This document shows positions 13,298 to 27,300 of a stretch of 64,000 bases of DNA, one piece after another. The DNA comes from Klebsormidium nitens (lineage: Eukaryota; Plantae; Klebsormidiophyceae): positions 50,493 to 114,492 of the forward strand of contig DF237224.1 of NCBI GenBank assembly GCA_000708835.1. Direction: 5' to 3'. Below the pieces are notes generated by a model. That model saw only the letters and a program-made list of their open reading frames with translations, searched no databases and was not told the DNA's origin. Position numbers and translations under genes: made by a program. Position 1 is the first letter of the stretch, and each line of letters starts with the position of its first letter.

Positions 13298-15485
13298 GAT
13301 TAAAGGTGCTAAAAACGTGATTGCTCATAAACCATGCCTGTTTTCCAAGTATGGACCCCTTGACCATGAAATTGGCTGCCAACTGATCGTTGGTGGTGCA
13401 TAGATTGAGGACAGCAAGTGGCAGCTTTCATGTACGTCGTTCATCTCCACAATAAAACGCCTATGACAGGGATTGCAACCGCGCTCTTCCTTGGCTTTTG
13501 GGTTAAAACGCGGACAGAGAACCCGCTCTATCCAGGCCTGTCCCAGTGTCCTCGAGGAGAACGTGCCAAGATACTTCCGCATTAAAGCAGCAGACGCTCT
13601 GTCAGCTGCTGATCCGTTTCGATCCAGGCACGCGATAGGAACCAACTGACAGAGGCTATAGCCTTAGCAGGCTGCTTTTTCTTGAAGAAGCTGCCGCTGA
13701 CTCACGACGCTTCCAAGGAAGCAGTTCAAGCCGGCAGCTAGCAGCTGCACAAGGTTGCATGGCAGCCGCTTCCATTATGCAACTCAGTCTGTCACTGCAT
13801 TTTCTGAAGAGGCTCTGAAGCCTGCGTGAGGATCTCAACGATCCAACGAAGGCAAAGCCAGCTACCCTTTAAACAATACTGGCAGCTCGCTACATTTTCG
13901 ATCGCGTACATTTTTGCTCCCCTCTTTTCGCGGGCCAACGAGCCAGACCGGTAAAAGTTTTAGTGGCAAGAGGGTTGACCCCGTGTTGGACGAAGTTGGA
14001 TGACACTGTCAATCATCAAGTGCTCGGGGAACCTCTATAGACTTCCACCATGTCAGATTCACAGAAAACTGTTGCAGCCCCAAGGTTTGCAGTTCCCAAC
14101 CGAGTCACGGTTGGACGGTTGAAACTCGGTTGAAACTCCTCGGCATTCAGGGATGCGGAGCCCTGATCTGGCTGCAGGTTGGCTTGAAAGATTGAGGTTA
14201 CCAACCTACGGTGCGTGTACCTACCTCATCAGATCCTGCTGTTCTGCTGTTCGATTCAGCAGGATACCTAACCAGTCTAACCCCACGTACGGTGAATTTG
14301 ACACCACCGGTACGTGGCCGCCGGCCGGCTTGAAGGTCCAATTAGAGACTTGATACGTTGCTTGCCAGCGGACTTGTGCACGGAGGAATATCGGAACCAT
14401 CTCTGCGTACTGCACGATTGCTGACGCTCCGAACTAATTGCCTATCATTCCGCGCGTGCTCGCCCGTGGGTAACTAGAGGCTGACGGTCATGTTAGAAGG
14501 TTGGGACATGATATTACCTAGTTCTGCATCTCGAATTCCCGCCTTTCGAAGTTTCAGAACCATTCAAAATTGAGCCCGCCGCCGCGTGCCGCGTGTCCCG
14601 AGCGCCACTGCTCTTGAATCGCATTGGACCAGCAGTCGTGCAAGTTCCTGAGCTCTGCATGAGCTTCATTCCAATCTCCGAGTTGGACTTCCACTGCCAG
14701 CTTTTAAATTTTAGGGCTTGGTTCAGTTGGGGCATCTGTCCAGGATTTGAACTTGAACTTGAAGGCGGCCAATGATAGCAATCAGCAGGTTTTGAAACAC
14801 CATGGCGCGTTGCACAATCCAGCTCTGCACCAGGACTGCAAGCGCGTGCTAAAGCATCTGATCATGGCGCCAGGGGTAGCCTGTTATGAACCCTGGGCGT
14901 GTCTGTCTGTTTGAGAGTATTTGGAACGTCCTGTTCAGGCAGGAGGTAGTGTTAGGAGACAAGTCGCACAATCTTTGGGGCAGCCAAATTGCATGGTAGA
15001 ACGCTGCCTTTTGGACGGTGATTGAACCGTAGCTAGATGGCCCGTCGCCAGCTTTGCTCATCAGTCGCTTGGTGAAGATCTGGGGACCATGGCAGCTAGA
15101 CATTGCTGAAGGAACTTTTGCTTGCCTCAAGCAGTATTAGTTCAGCGGATACTAAGAGGCCGAGCTTTTAAGCTCATTCTCACCACAGGGCAGCTCATGT
15201 CGTCCAACTGAAAGCAACTGGTGCTCTTGTGACCAACAAATTCCGAGCCTGATACATAGCTGTCTGCCGATGGTTCAGGCCAACGGCAAACTCCTGGTGC
15301 CATTAGCTGTCGTTAGAAGTCACGCCACTGTTGGGGTGGAGGTTAGCAACCATCTTGCAGGTAGCTTATGTCTGCAATTAAGCAGGCGACACTCAAGCCT
15401 GGTGCAGTGTGCAAGTGAGATGTGTGGTGGGGGGTGGAGGTAGCTCATACATTCCGGTTTGATGTGGGCCCGCTGCCAGTGGGCC

Positions 15486-18400
15486 ATGGGCTTGCCTTGG
15501 AGATCTAAGAAACAGGAAGACGATTCTGATGGCTCTGACTCTGGGGAATGGGCGGAGCCAAAGATGAAGTACACAGACGACCCCTGCAGGGCCCGCTCGT
15601 CCACCCGATCAAGGGTAAGGCGTCGGTCCTCTCCTTGCTTACTGTTACTTACAAGGTGCGTTGCTTTTAGGATGGTGTTCACCGCTGTTGTAACGACGAC
15701 CTCTGAGACACAGGACACATTGTACCCGATATTAACACAGAGACTGCGTTCCTTGGTAATGGTGACTTCCTTGCTGCTCTTTCAGCTTTGGCAATCACTT
15801 CACGGGATATGGTAGCACTGCTTAAGGGTTTCCTCCAAGTCAGGGTCAGCCGGCCTCTTCCATACAGGTCTTACCTTGGCACATTACTTAGCAGCTTTGT
15901 TGTTGGCCAGCTGGCAGAGTTTCCTTTTGGTCTTAGCAGAGTCACTTATCTGGCAATTCGTGTAAGTCACGTGTGATTCTCTGCTCCCAGGCATTCTCGT
16001 GTTGGATCTGCTCGGACTTACCTGGAACGTTCCATGTATTCATGGTCGTTGGCCTTATTCCTGTTCCTACCAGTTCTTGACCAACAGCCTGAACAGGAAT
16101 CTTCCCCTTATTTGTGTGCACGTGTCGCATGAAATAAGGACAACTATGGTGGACAGTTAAGTAGGCCGAGGTTGATCGAAGAGCATTGAGTTGCTTTGAA
16201 TAATGAGATAATGTGCCACTCAATTCGGAATTGTTGCACTGGTCTGCACAAATGTCTCGCTCGCCTTCTCTCATTCCCTTGTACAACGTTCAAATTTTAT
16301 CTGAGTGGTTAGCAAACGATCCTGCTTAGAGTGATTTTGAGACAATTGGAAGTCCCAACTTGCCCACACGAGTTCCTTCTCATTGGTTAGCTACTACAAT
16401 CATGATAGCTTGCCTTTTTGAAGTGCTGCCTCAAGATCATCTTTCTTTGCTTTGCTGGGGTGTTTAAAAGGTTTCACAAGCAAAGCGAAGATAGCCAGGT
16501 TGATGCGGCATTGCTCTTCCTGCGAGTCATAACGATCAGTTGTGTGCATTGCGAACCGGAGATTCAGGAAGGAGCGCAAGCGTCGTAGTGTGATGACTGG
16601 CACCAATTGTTCCTTGAGCCTTGCGTCCTTCAGTAGGCCCCACCAGTGGCGGGAGCTGTCCGGGAAGCTATCTCAATCACTAGCAAATGAAAAGACGACT
16701 GCATAAAAGATCACCAGTGCAACTTCTGGAAAATGCGAAAAAGTGACGCGACAATTGTTGACTTTCTGCTTGCGTTCCTACTGCAGGGCGATGGCGGGGC
16801 CAAGTCGCGGACGACGGCGTCTCCCTCCCGCTCGCGAGGCATGTCGAGCAACGCGCTCAAGGGGATGCAAAACGGGCAGCTTGAGAGCACGGCGACGTCG
16901 CGCCCGATGAAGCGGGTTGCGTCGGACCCGGGACTGCGGCGGCTGGGCTCGCGACGCCTGCTCAATGGGCGGAGGTAAGAGAAAGCCTCGAAATGTCTCC
17001 GTTCCTAGTCCTCACTGCTGCAGGGCATTCGAGGTTAAGCTGGCATCTGCTCAACAAGACAGGCAAAGGGAGCAGGGATTGAAGTATAGGAACATGTGGG
17101 ATAATCTGAGAAAATACCCCTAGACCTGTAAAAGCTCCGAGGTGTACCAAAACAGAGGCTGTGACTTTATGATAAAAGAGTTTGATACGGACTGATCCGG
17201 TGCAAGCCGCAAAGGGATGTGTTGAACTTAGAAGTCCAAGGAACGCCCATCCTTTTAGGCTTGAGCTCAACTGCAGCTTGCCTAGAATTGAAAGCATTCA
17301 ATAAAGTGCAGAAAACGCCGTCAGCTCAGCGACAAAGTTCTCCGCTGCTGTTTGAGCTCGTGTGAAAGTTCAAAGCCAGGGGGGAACTAGCAGGCTCAAA
17401 TAGTGTTGTCCGATCAAGCCTCCAATGGTTAGAAAGTTTAGGGAACCAGGTTGTAACTGAAAGATCTCAGCACTCAATAGAGGACCACCGCAATCAAGAG
17501 ATTTCACTTGTGTGCTCTTTCCTGCATTGGTTTGGTTAGAAGGGCAGTGCTAAATTCCCCAGGTGCTTTGATTCCTTGACAATCTTTGTATCCAAAATAC
17601 TTCTGGTCAAGCCGTGGATTTGACCTTTTGCAGACATCCGAGATTCTACGGAGGTTTTAGCCAATCCAGGAACGAACCCACAATCATGGTTTGACTCGTA
17701 GGTTTACCCTAGCTTCACCCCCGCTTTTGGTTTGGCAGGAGCGCAAGCACCCGGTGTCTCCACAATCGCCAGACTCATGCATTTCGTTCTTAGCCCGATC
17801 AAACTTACCCTAAATCGCAGTTGTCTCTTAAATCTTCTAGATTTGCTCCAAACCCGCACTTTCGTTGCTGCAGAAGCCCAAACGCTGCGCGCGCCGCTCG
17901 GGTGGCCTGGGTGGGCTGTGCATGGCTTCTATGGATCACGTGCATGGCCCTCTCCGGTTACTTCCTCCTCTCCATGCTTCTCGAAGGCCACATCGCGTCT
18001 AGAACCAGCTCCTCGCTTCCCACTTTACCTTCAGTGGGGGGGCACTCGATTTTAAATCAAGCTCCGAACGCCACTGCCACGAGTCTTGGCCTGGGGGGCA
18101 AGGTGCGCGAGCTTTGGGGGGGGTGGTTTAACAGCTCGGAGCCCGCCCCCCCGAGCTTGGAAAAGCACCATCAGCTGCCAGACTGGGACCCTAGCACGGA
18201 CGACATCGAGAGCGTCCGGAAGGAAGTAGATCTCGGACGGAAGGGCCGGTTCGGCGGCGCGGGGGGGTTGCTCCGGAAGGGCTTCCTGTGGCTTGGCCTT
18301 GGGATGAAGCATTCAAGTCACGAACACGCGTCACCGCGCGTTGACTTACCGACGGACATTCCCGAGGTTGTGTTGATCGAAGAGACGCCGGCTGAGGTAG

Positions 18401-21400
18401 ACCGGTTGGAAAAGAAGCTGGAAGTGAAGGGGCAAGAGGGAGAAAAGGAGGAAGCTTGGACGTCATTTGTGATACCCTATGGTTTGGAAGATTTGGGGAC
18501 GGGAGCTTCGGGCCTCTGGGCGCCGCCAGCGGGAGGGGCGTTCTCGGGCGCAGTTGCGGGAAAGCGCGTGCTTCTAGTGACGCGGGATTGGCCTGAGGGG
18601 TGCTGCTTTGGTCGGACAATGATCAACATTGCAGGTGGGTCGGTGATGAGACTCAACTTTCAACGTGATTGTTACTTCTTTCACAGGTTCAGGCGCTGTC
18701 TGGGGACAGAGCGTCCGTGGAGTTGCCTGTCATCTTTCAGGATGCACGCCTGCGCCGTAGAGTTTTACCGCTCATACTTATCAAAGTTGTTCGCCCACAA
18801 AGTATCGCCAATCACTGAACCATCTTTCAGACCGCTTGTGCACTCAGTCGTCACTCCCGTCTTGCACTCAGTCGTCTTACCATATTTGAGCACACTTTTG
18901 AGTAGGCGATGAAGGAGCGATCAATTTTGGCTGCTGCCTGATCCGGACTGCTCCAGAAAGGTGCGATAAGAGTCAAATCCCAGATGCATGCTCTCTTATA
19001 CGACCAGCAACATACGACGAGTATCTTCGATGACTCCTGGTCCGCTTTTCAGGTGCTGCGCTATCTTCCAACGCCCAAGTGACCGCCCTCCTTCTTCCCC
19101 ACCTTAATCACGCCAGCAGCTCAGTGACCCATGCGCGTCACCTCACAAGCCAACCCGACAGCCCCTCCGAAACCCTAGACGCCTCGACACCGTTTAGCGA
19201 GAAGCTCCGCTCTTTGGGCGTCAGCAGCATCGGATGGGCGTCAGAAGAGAGTTACACCCTGGCGGCGAATAGTGACGTCATCCTTGCTGTTTCGGCATAT
19301 GCTGGCCCATGGTTGGACGGCTTGTTGGCGGCGCAATCGCAAGCGGGGGGCCGGGTCGCATGGTGGATCATGGAGGGGAAACAGGCGGAGTTTGATACTG
19401 CAAAGGGGGGGCTGGCGAGAATGCTTGGCGGAGAAAGCGGAGAACGGGGGACGGCAATGTTTGTAAACGCTTTCCAGGCAGAGAAGTGGCACGGCTGGCT
19501 TAGGTGAGACCAGCTGACTGTTGACATGTTGCAGAAATTGTCGTGCGAACAAGGACCTTAGGTTTGCGGACTGGATGCAAATGGAAAGACTTCGGGCCAG
19601 CAATTCGTTTTTTGTTTCTCCTGCTAGTAGATCTGTTGCAGGAACTGGTTCAAACTGCTATGACGGTCGGTCTGTGGACTCCGGATGCATTGAACGTGGT
19701 CAAGCATGCATTAAGACGTGATTGAACATGCACCAAACTTGCTCTTTTCAAAAAGGCAGCGTGCTTTGCTACGCTTACCTAGGTTGTCAGCAATCGAAAC
19801 ACGGTCACGAACTAACGAGTCACCTGATTGCAAGCTCAGACGTCCACTTTTGACCTTCTAACGATGCTTCTAAATGGTTGACGTCGAGGTGTCTGGTTTC
19901 GAGATGCTGATTTCGAGACGTTCTGCCTTGCGAGGATTTGTCTTCCTGGAACATGATTCTCTCACTCGCCGTCCTTATCGTCCGCCTGGTTCGTTACATG
20001 CAGGACCGAAGTCTCCCACTTACAGGAGGCAGAGCAGCTGGAAACCTCAGCGCAGAAGCATACTGGTGTGAACGGGGACGTTTTGCCTGGTAGAGAAGGG
20101 AGCGGAGCAGAGGAGAAGGGCGTTAACACCCAGACTGCGAGGCGAGAAGGGGAGAGGCGAGCTCTTGTCGAGTCTTCCGAGGAGCTCTCGGGAGGAGTGC
20201 AGAAGTTCCCATCAGCGGGTCGGTTTGCAGAGAGCACAAGCCACGAGAAGAGCGCTTCTCTGCGGCGGCGTTTGCTCCAGGGGGGAGGGTTGCGGGGAGG
20301 CGGTCGAATCAAAGAAACGGCACGACAGGGGTGGCTCAAAATCGAGAACAAAGAGGAACTAGAGCGAGCTGCTCTGAAAACCGCATCCGGCAAGACCGCG
20401 TCATCCCCTGCCCTTGCACGGCTGGTGTCAGCGGTCTCAGGGGATCCCCCCTGGTACAGCATCGTGCCCATGACGCTGGACCGGAACGTCCTGTTAGCGG
20501 CCGGGTTAGCGGAACCCGGGCAGCTTAACGAGAACTCGCTAACGACGGCGCGGCAGCACCGCGCGCTGCTGCGGAAGTACTACCGGCGTGACGTGTTGCA
20601 CATGTGGGACGATGATTTTTTGGTGGTTGTGGTCGGAGGGTTTAGTGCGGAGGAGGGGCATCTGCTGACGCTGGAGGCGATCAATCAGGTGAGTTTTGTC
20701 GTCTTCGTCAAAAAGGTTCCTCAAACCATGCAGTCAGCAGAATCGACCGCCAGAACGGGTTATGAAAGGCAGCAGAGCGGGTTTTGAGTCTAACGTCAGT
20801 TCTCCGCTCGCATCTTCAAGCAAGCGTTTAAGAGAGTGTTCTTCGATTGTGCTCAATCTTGCACGGTGTTTGTATCCTCAATTTCCTCGTTCACTCTTCC
20901 CAAGTGATCAACATTGGTCCCAAATTCGTCAACGCGGATGCCCCTCACGGCAGAATGCTCCTCTGAGTCAGACTTTTCAAATTAGCCTGTACCCTGTTCG
21001 CAGTTGGCGAGCGAGCTTTCTGACAGTGACGACGATGACGACATCCCGGACCCCGACCGTGAGTTCAGCCTCTTTGACCGCGAAGGCATCTGGGGGGGCA
21101 TCGGCGGCCTGCAAGGAGTCCCCGGATTCACCCCCCTGACCGAAGGGACCGACTCTATACCAAGCGATGGAGAGGAGGCGAAGGTGGGAATAGGCTCTTC
21201 GAACAACGAGATTGTGGGGCGGTCGATCGGCATGGAGGTGCAAGACGATCGAAGGCGGGTGCAAACGGGAACGGCGGAGCGAACTACTGGTGTGGAAAGC
21301 GGGTTTGGAAGAGTTTTGGAGTCGGGCGGGGGGGATATGGCGGTGGGGGTGGGAGAGCAAGACGAGCGGCGGGCGTTGGATGCGAGCACACGAGCCGCGG

Positions 21401-22895
21401 AAATGGCGCTCGAGAAGATGGTGGGTCCTAGGGGCGAGGCAACGGGGGGTGCGCTGAAAGGGCCGTTCGAAGACCTGACGTTGGCCGAGCAGATGGACGA
21501 CCGGAGGCGGCGGTTGCTCAGCTTTGACGAGGAAACGGGGGAGCGGATACAGCAGCAGCAGCCCCCGTCGCGGGCGCGATCCGTTCCCGTAGTTAGCGAC
21601 GATTTGTTAAGAGGTACCCCGGCGCCCCCGCAGCGAGCAGAGGTAGCGTTAGAAGCAGCCGGCCGCGAGTTGTTGCGCCCCATTAGTAAGCGGGTTAAGA
21701 AGCGGCTTAGCGCGACTCGCCGCCTGCACCAAGAGGGCGCCAGCCCGGAGCAGTCCCTTCGGGTCTTGTTCTTAACCACCGATAGTTTGCCGCTAGCCCC
21801 GGAGAGCCGCTCGCACCTGGAGGAACTGCAGGGTTATCTGAAGCAGCACCCGCGATTACGGAGCGTGGTTAGCATCGGCCACTTCAACAACTTCCAGGCG
21901 TCGGGGGTTTATGCGTCAGCGGACGCCTTTATTATGAACCGACAGGTGGGTCACTTCCTTCAACGACTGAAAATGATGAACGTTGTTGATTGCCTGTTCC
22001 TCTTGTCTGATTCAGAGATTCCGTCCCTACACTTTTTGCAGGATTGTCGAGCACTTTGAACGATATTAAATCGCATTTGTTTGGTTGCTCCCTTGGTCGA
22101 GATTGTTCGAGCATATTTCGATGGATGCAGAGACAGAATCAGAGCGACTTGATAACGAGGTAGACGGCCAGTACGGCTGCTCGACATTGTCGTTCAGAAG
22201 GAATTGTTTTTCTTAAAGGCTGCATTGCTATTGTTGCTCGCATCCATCTTGGGAGTACTTTTTTCCTTATCAACTGGCAGGCATTTCACTGACTCGGGCT
22301 TCATACTGAGTTCGACGGTCCTTGCTCTATTTAGGTAGACGGAGTCGCGGTCAATGGCAAGCTGCTACAGGCCATGGCATACGGGTTACCGGTACGTCCC
22401 GTTTATCCCGAGCGCCTCTGAAACCAGAGTCAACGGGTTCTATATGGAGATGTTTTCCCACCAACTTCCAGATTCAGCTCATCCTCTTTAGGCAGGCAGC
22501 TTCGTCCCTTCTGTTGAGGCTTCTGATTGCGGTGATGAATAATCCTGATTTTCAAGCTGAGGACTTTAGGCGTCTACTGCTTGCAGATTGCTGCGCTTGT
22601 GAGTAAAGAATTGACGCGCGGGCCTGTTTGCCCGTCTGTCTTTCTGCAGATCCTCTCCACCAGAGTCCTGCCCGCAGCAGGTTTGCTTGTCGATGGCGAA
22701 AGTGCCGTCCTTCATGACGTGGGCGGTTCTGGGGCCTCGAAATTGGTAGCGGACCTTAACGTTATGATGCAAGATAGAGAAAGTGCACGGCAACACGGAC
22801 AACATGCCGCTCAGTTCACTGAAGCAAGTTATATGGAGTCGGTCATGTTTGACAGACTCGGGCACGCCATGGCCGCTTTGCAACGAAGCAGGTAG
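15486..22895 (+). CDS. Membrane-anchored GT4-family glycosyltransferase-like protein (At1g52420/At3g15940-like), divergent
   Basis: Phase-consistent exons 15486-15614, 16787-16974, 17874-18634, 19053-19503, 20004-20688, 21004-21945, 22335-22391, 22650-22895. There is an N-terminal TM segment, plus RVAWWIME, IVPMTLD, VYASADAFIMNRQ and QAMAYGLP. The first exon is the least certain. Confidence 0.85.
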
Positions 22896-22949
22896 TGAGT
22901 ATCATTGTCCAATATTTTTTGTAGTTCGTCCAAGTAAGGTAGCTTCTTA

Positions 22950-24200
22950 GAGGTACGTACGTGTGTAGACAGTATCCACGGTGCTAAAGAGTGAAGATGA
23001 GCTGCTTAAGCCCGAGGTGAAACGACGTCGAGCTAGGACTTGGTGTTGATGGTACATTGGTGCTACTGAGCCGTCCCGTTGAGCGATCATTATAAAGGCG
23101 TCTCAACTGACAAGCTAGCGCAGAGCGTTCATCAACTCCATGCGTCTCGATTGGATCTGTTTGTATTAGTGATTACATGCATGTGCACTGGGGCAAGTCC
23201 CGAAGTTACAACCTCTCTTCTGCATACCATTATTGGCAGCATGCCTATAAGCCGCCAGATATTAGCCTATATTAGCAGCAATGGGCCGAGCGCTTTCAAG
23301 GTTCCGCAATCTTGATTGGACAAACCGTTGCATCCGAGATCTGGCCCCGGGCCAAGCAAGCTAGCTAGCATCTTTGCGAAACTGAATAATGTCATGATCA
23401 CTGTGTCATATTGCCTATGTATACTGTAAGCCGGGCAGCTTATTAGACGGTGCAGGTGCATCATGATCGATCATGTGCATATATACGTTCATGTCACTCA
23501 CGCACGCCCGCAATTCTGCATGCACATGATCAACTGCATACTAAATTGCGCAGCGAATACCTAGATATGGTGCATTAGTTGACGTACGTAATCACATGCA
23601 TATAATTAAGCTCTTATAGCTATTATTCGTTGAGCAGCTTTGACAGCCATGTATGATACCAAGTACTAAGATCGCGCACTGACCGTCTGTAGTCACTGAG
23701 CGAGTCATGACTCGCATGGATTGCAGCGCACAATCATTGCATACGTGCATGCTCTGCCAGATGCTGATGCGCAGCCAGGGCTGCCTGCGCGCGGGCGCGG
23801 CCAAGTTCATGTATAGATGTGCATAACCTACTAAACGACTTGCATCCATAGTTAGTTTTCAGTTAGTGGGAGTGCTGCCTTGGCGCGCGCACGGCACACG
23901 CCCCTCCGGGCCTTAAAACTCGGGCTGCCTGCACACAGTTTGATCAGGCCGCGATCCGGGTGCGAGATGCATTCGATCGATACTACTGAACATAATGCCA
24001 TGCAGGTGCGTACAAATGCGTTGGCCCGATATTTAGCTGTGATTTGAATCTTTGCGTGCAGCAGAGCTCTTGCCGGGCATGGCTCGCCGCGGGCCCCACA
24101 AAGCGCAACTGTTGTGCCCGTCCCTCTGTGAATTTCATGCTGACGACGTACGAGCCTCAGGCTCCGACTTAGCCTAGTACAGCAACGGCCAGGCATGATC
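22950..24200. other. Convergent intergenic island rich in RY alternation and palindromes
   Basis: Perfect palindromes at 23462-23475 (14 bp) and 23700-23715 (16 bp). Alternating runs at 23472-23488 and 23738-23752. Confidence 0.5.
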
Positions 24201-24303
24201 TGGCACTTTTATTCCAAGCCTGAAGCCTGTCAAAGCGTCGGAGCGCCCTCTTCTCACTTCGGGTCACTAAACGCACAGAATTCACCTGCGTGTAAGTATA
24301 CTA

Positions 24304-27300
24304 TCAAAGTACAGCAACTTGTGGGCACTGTTTGGCAAGAACAGACGATGCTTTTGCAGTTGGGCATATTGATAAGCAGCCGACTTTGAGCGCTTCATCT
24401 ACCTCTCGTGATGGGGGCTCGACGCCAAAGTTGAATTGACAGCTGTAGTCCTCGTAGTTAGGCTCCATCGTAAGAGGGATGCCCATGTCGTTCTTCATGA
24501 AAGCCTGCAGAGAAAGCCAACTATGCGCGCCTGGAAATGACCTTCACTCCCAATGCGCGGCAGCGAAGTACAATCTCTTGAACAGTACCGACGTCTCTGC
24601 TGGAATATATCAACGGCCAGCAGCACCTCCTGTACCAGGAGGGCAGCCATCAAGAGTTTCGAGCCAGCAACCAACCAATCCGCTCACTTACTTCAACTAA
24701 CCGAGACAGAGACGTCAATGACCCATTGAAACCGACACTCACACTGATGAATCTTCCGTGCATTTAGGCACAGACATGAGCACGCACCAAAACGTTCGCA
24801 GTGATCACAAAGGCAAAGATCACCAGCCAAAAAACGAATGAAGAAAATGCGACTTACTTGAGTGGGCATCTTGCACGTATGCACGCAGATCCCCGCGCAT
24901 CCGCTCTCCTCTAAATACTTGCACTTCTCGACGAGGACGCCGCTCCACTGAGTGGTGCCGTCCGCGAGTTGCACGTCGTTCAGTTGACACCGACCCATGA
25001 GCCACTGGCACGACCACTGCGTGACCCAGGCTGCGACAGAGAGTGGTGGTGTCAAAAAACGCAGCGCTAGAGTATTCTGCGGTTTTGAGGGTAGAACAGC
25101 ACAACAGGTTTAACGGCGTGCAATTGTTTTCCGTATCTACTTCTCGCTTTCGATCGTCTTCCTCTTTCTGTGCTTCCCGTTTCGTAGTTGGAATAACGCT
25201 GTTTCCTTCATTTCCGGTTTATTCTTGCCTTTTCACGACTGCCCTTCTGTCCAACAATCCAACGGGTGCGAGCATGTCTTTTCTGCGGGCCGAGCATTTC
25301 GGATCCATCTTAACTGTAACTTTCTTGGAGAAGGTCATTTCTCAACCACAATCTAGCACAAAGGCGTCTTTCCGGGCTCTCTTCAGCCGGTTGCGGGCTG
25401 ACGCACTCACCAGTCAGCACCGCTGCAGGCCGGCCGTCTCCCAACGGTGTGATGATCTTTCGAAAGGCGGGAAGAAGAAAAGGGGGAAACAGGGACTGCA
25501 GTATTCGCACCTGCGTTTGGAGACGGATGGCGGACCTTGATTGACAAGAGCAGGCAAATGTTGACATGATTGGAGGGATCCCTTCAAGGTACTCTCCATT
25601 GAGACTTTCACATTAGTGGCCGGGAAACGTGGGAGACGTGGGGAAAACGTCTGGGACTCGCCCGCTTAGCGCCTTTGATTCGTTCTTGTCCGGCCTCCGG
25701 ACTGCCTTTCAGACCTGGGGGAGATATGCGGCATGACTTTGAGTACGACTAGCATTTGTCCTTAGGCCGATAGGAGAGGCGGAGAAGAAGACTTACGTAC
25801 TTTCAAGAAACAGAGAAATAGGCAGTCTGATACGTAAGTAATTGCTGAAGATACGAACACAGCATTGAAATGAAAATTCAAACGGAGAAGTTCCCCACCA
25901 TCGAATTTAAGTTTAGTTCACTCAAACCAGAACTTTGTACTTTGTACTTTGATGAAAAGATGCGTGAATCGAACCGACACCCGAAAGACACTTGGGATGG
26001 CGGACCTTAAGTGACTTGATAGTTGATAGTTGAAGCCAAGAAGGAAAGTTTGAAAATTTTCTTGAAGGAATGAATTACAGTATTAAAAAGGCCTTAACCA
26101 GTGAGTTCAGGTCGATGAAGAACGTCAAAACAAACAAATTTTGTTGTCCGCAGCGCTTAGCGGTAAAAGGTTTTGTCGGTACAGTGAGTAGCTTACTGCG
26201 GCATCTTCTGTTTCCTCGCGGGACTTGTGCCTGGCCACAAGCTTGCGAGCCACCTCGATGAGACCATCATATCCTGGGGCGGGGGAGTCCCAGCCAGCCT
26301 CCTGCGGATTAGGGCGGCTTAATCATCTGTTGGGACATCTTGCAAACCACATGGGAAAGGGCAGATCTGACGGCATATTGCCTCAGAAAGCAAGTCTATA
26401 CTGATTAGATGTTGGCACATGAGAAAGAAGTAGCTACACCCTCGTGTGCCGACCCTGCAGGCAACCTTAAGTTGTGCCCGTTTTGAACCAGTGGTTGAAA
26501 CGCCGCCCTCAATAAATTTTGAAAGCTAAGGACTTAACCAACACTCTTGTTTCGATGAAAAACAATGTTGGACTACTGAAACTGCAGGTTGGAAAGCAAC
26601 TTGGAACTAGAGCAGATCTCATGGGGCATCAAAGGATTAAGAGAGTTCATGTTCTATACCAAGTTCAAAACCTGAAAACGGGAGAAAGTCTGCCCCTCAC
26701 CCTGACCATGGCCCTCCTAAAGGCTTTGAAGAAAAGCACATCCATTGGCCCATCCTTGTACGGCTCAGGTGTGGCCTTTACACCATCTTTTCCTTCAACC
26801 TGCCAAGAGATGCGTGCATATGTTAGTCAAATGGAATTCAAACTCGGTGTTCAGTTTTTTAGGAGCCATGAGTGGCCCAGAAGACAAGGTGCAGATGTGG
26901 CCCCAGAATGCTGCAGCAACCTCTGAGGGGAAGAAAAGTTGTTTGGTTTGCTTGCAGCTGAGATAACTGATGGTTGGTTTGGTTACTTTTGAAAGCTCCT
27001 TGTTTTTGAAATGTTTTTAGGCTTTTTCAAGGGCAGTCACTGAGTGCTGCCAGGAACAACTTCCTTTCAAGCTGCCATCACCCTCAAGTTCAGATTCAAT
27101 CAAGCTGATGCGATACTTTTGATAATCATAACTAATTGAGCAACATGGATGGAACCACTGCCTTTGACGAACCACCACAATGAGGGCTGGGGGGTGGATT
27201 ACAAAGATAACCACTGAATATGTCTCGCAACGAGGCAGATGGGGCTTCCGACAGTCTGCTAAATCCCAATATATCTTGAAAATCGTGATACCTGGACTGC

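Noticed and set aside
13016-15485. Hidden gene in the long F-box/GT4 spacer
   Set aside because: Only short, unrecognisable ORFs are present. Splice-like signals are better explained as 5' UTR introns of the flanking genes.
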